A stretch of 64,000 nucleotides of DNA from assembly GCA_963849325.1 (NCBI GenBank), contig CAWKHF010000007.1, positions 224,001-288,000 of the forward strand. Reading direction: 5' to 3'. Source of the stretch: an uncultured Planctomycetota bacterium. GTDB lineage: Bacteria > Planctomycetota > Planctomycetia > Gemmatales > Gemmataceae. The notes beneath the pieces were generated by a model, which did not search any database, had not been told where the DNA came from, and saw only the letters and a program-made list of their open reading frames with translations. Position numbers and translations under genes: made by a program. Of the stretch, positions 63,250 through 64,000 are shown piece by piece (the first letter of the stretch is position 1; every line of letters begins with the position of its first letter).

Positions 63250-63460
63250 GAGCTTGGTTGGTCGGCGAGTTCCTCGGCGAGGTTGACGGCTCCGGTGCAG
63301 GCTTCCCGTGCGGCGCCGTGGACGGTGCCGAGTCGTTGGATGGCTTGGTTGATGGCGTCGGCGGAGTCGGGCACGGCGCGGTTGCAGAGGACTTTGCCGG
63401 TGTTGTCCAGGACGCAGAGTTGGACGGCGTGTTGGGAGTAGTCCAGTCCGACGACTCGCC
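63250..63460 (-). pseudogene. N-terminal fragment of a third IS110 recombinase
   Basis: RVVGLDYSQHAVQLCVLDNTGKVL...EACTG. Confidence 0.7.
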
Positions 63461-63720
63461 TTCCCAACGGCTCACGCCGGTGGATGACCGCGAACAACGC
63501 CCGCAACGACTCACGCAAGCGTTCCCCAGAAGCACGCGCCGGAGTGTCCGGCAAGGTCGTCAGGAACTTCACGTCCCCGATCAGGGGGGCCAGGCAGAAC
63601 GGCATCACGACGCCGCACGCACGCAGGTAACGCCGGTAGGCCGAGAAGTAGTCGCAACCCAGCACGCCGTGGAACTCCTTCCCCAACCCCTCCAGCAGCA
63701 CGTCGGCCCGATCAGCGAAG
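63461..63720 (-). pseudogene. IS66-family transposase internal fragment
   Basis: LG.EFHGVLGCDYFSAYRRY...FCLA.LI.DVKFL. Confidence 0.7.
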
Positions 63721-63791
63721 TGCTCATGCGGTCGTCCTTTCCACCGAAGAGGCCGCTTGCGGCCGGGCGCTCGTGCCCGGCCGCAAGCGGA

Positions 63792-64000
63792 TTAGTCCCC
63801 TCCGTGTACCGCATCCTCCTTCGCGAACGGATACGTGGCGAACAGCACGTCACCCAGTCCCAGGTAGGGGTCGTCGAGGTCGGCGTGCAGCACGTCCTTG
63901 TAGATGGGGCGAGTCACCTTCTCCGGCCGCACCAATCCCGCGGTGGCGAGCAGTTCATGGATCTGACGGCGGCGCGTGCGCTCGTTGAGTCGGGTATCTT
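63792..64000 (-). CDS. 3' end of a conserved hypothetical protein (partial)
   Basis: DTRLNERTRRRQIHELL...IYKDVLHADLDDPYLGLG...GGD*, followed by a palindrome. Confidence 0.65.
   Translation of the reverse strand, partial: DTRLNERTRRRQIHELLATAGLVRPEKVTRPIYKDVLHADLDDPYLGLGDVLFATYPFAKEDAVHGGD

Overview
GC-rich bacterial DNA, very likely a planctomycete (Gemmataceae-like). This rests on a PVC-type heme-binding CxxCH protein, a DUF1559 remnant, a planctomycete LolA-like protein, Ser/Thr kinases with WD40 repeats and many planctomycete-style intergenic palindromes. About 18 otherwise intact genes carry single-base frameshifts, which points to long-read consensus indel errors rather than real pseudogenes. 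Recognisable content includes: an MBOAT plus two SGNH-like acylation cluster, RNase HI, an S41 protease fused to a dead caspase domain, a PHP-type hydrolase, aldehyde dehydrogenase, NYN protein, protoporphyrinogen oxidase, PA0069-type radical SAM, a Fur-box-preceded feoA-feoA-feoB operon, a C25 peptidase, dapA, four toxin-antitoxin-like pairs, a complete IS4 element and a nest of IS110/IS66 pieces at the right end. The best candidates for new biology are: (1) an exported thioredoxin-fold protein with an in-frame TGA (GCT-U) and a SECIS-like hairpin, resembling selenoprotein N; (2) an HPF/RaiA domain fused to an ECF sigma region 2; (3) an EamA transporter + opine dehydrogenase + unusual B12-binding enzyme cluster; (4) an IS110 recombinase with a C-terminal CHC2 zinc finger, sitting at an attC-like arm in an integrase-less cassette-like region; and (5) tandem-repeat hairpins, one of which supplies a signal peptide and one of which spans exactly from a stop codon to a start codon. 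All family assignments come from motif recognition by eye, not from database searches.
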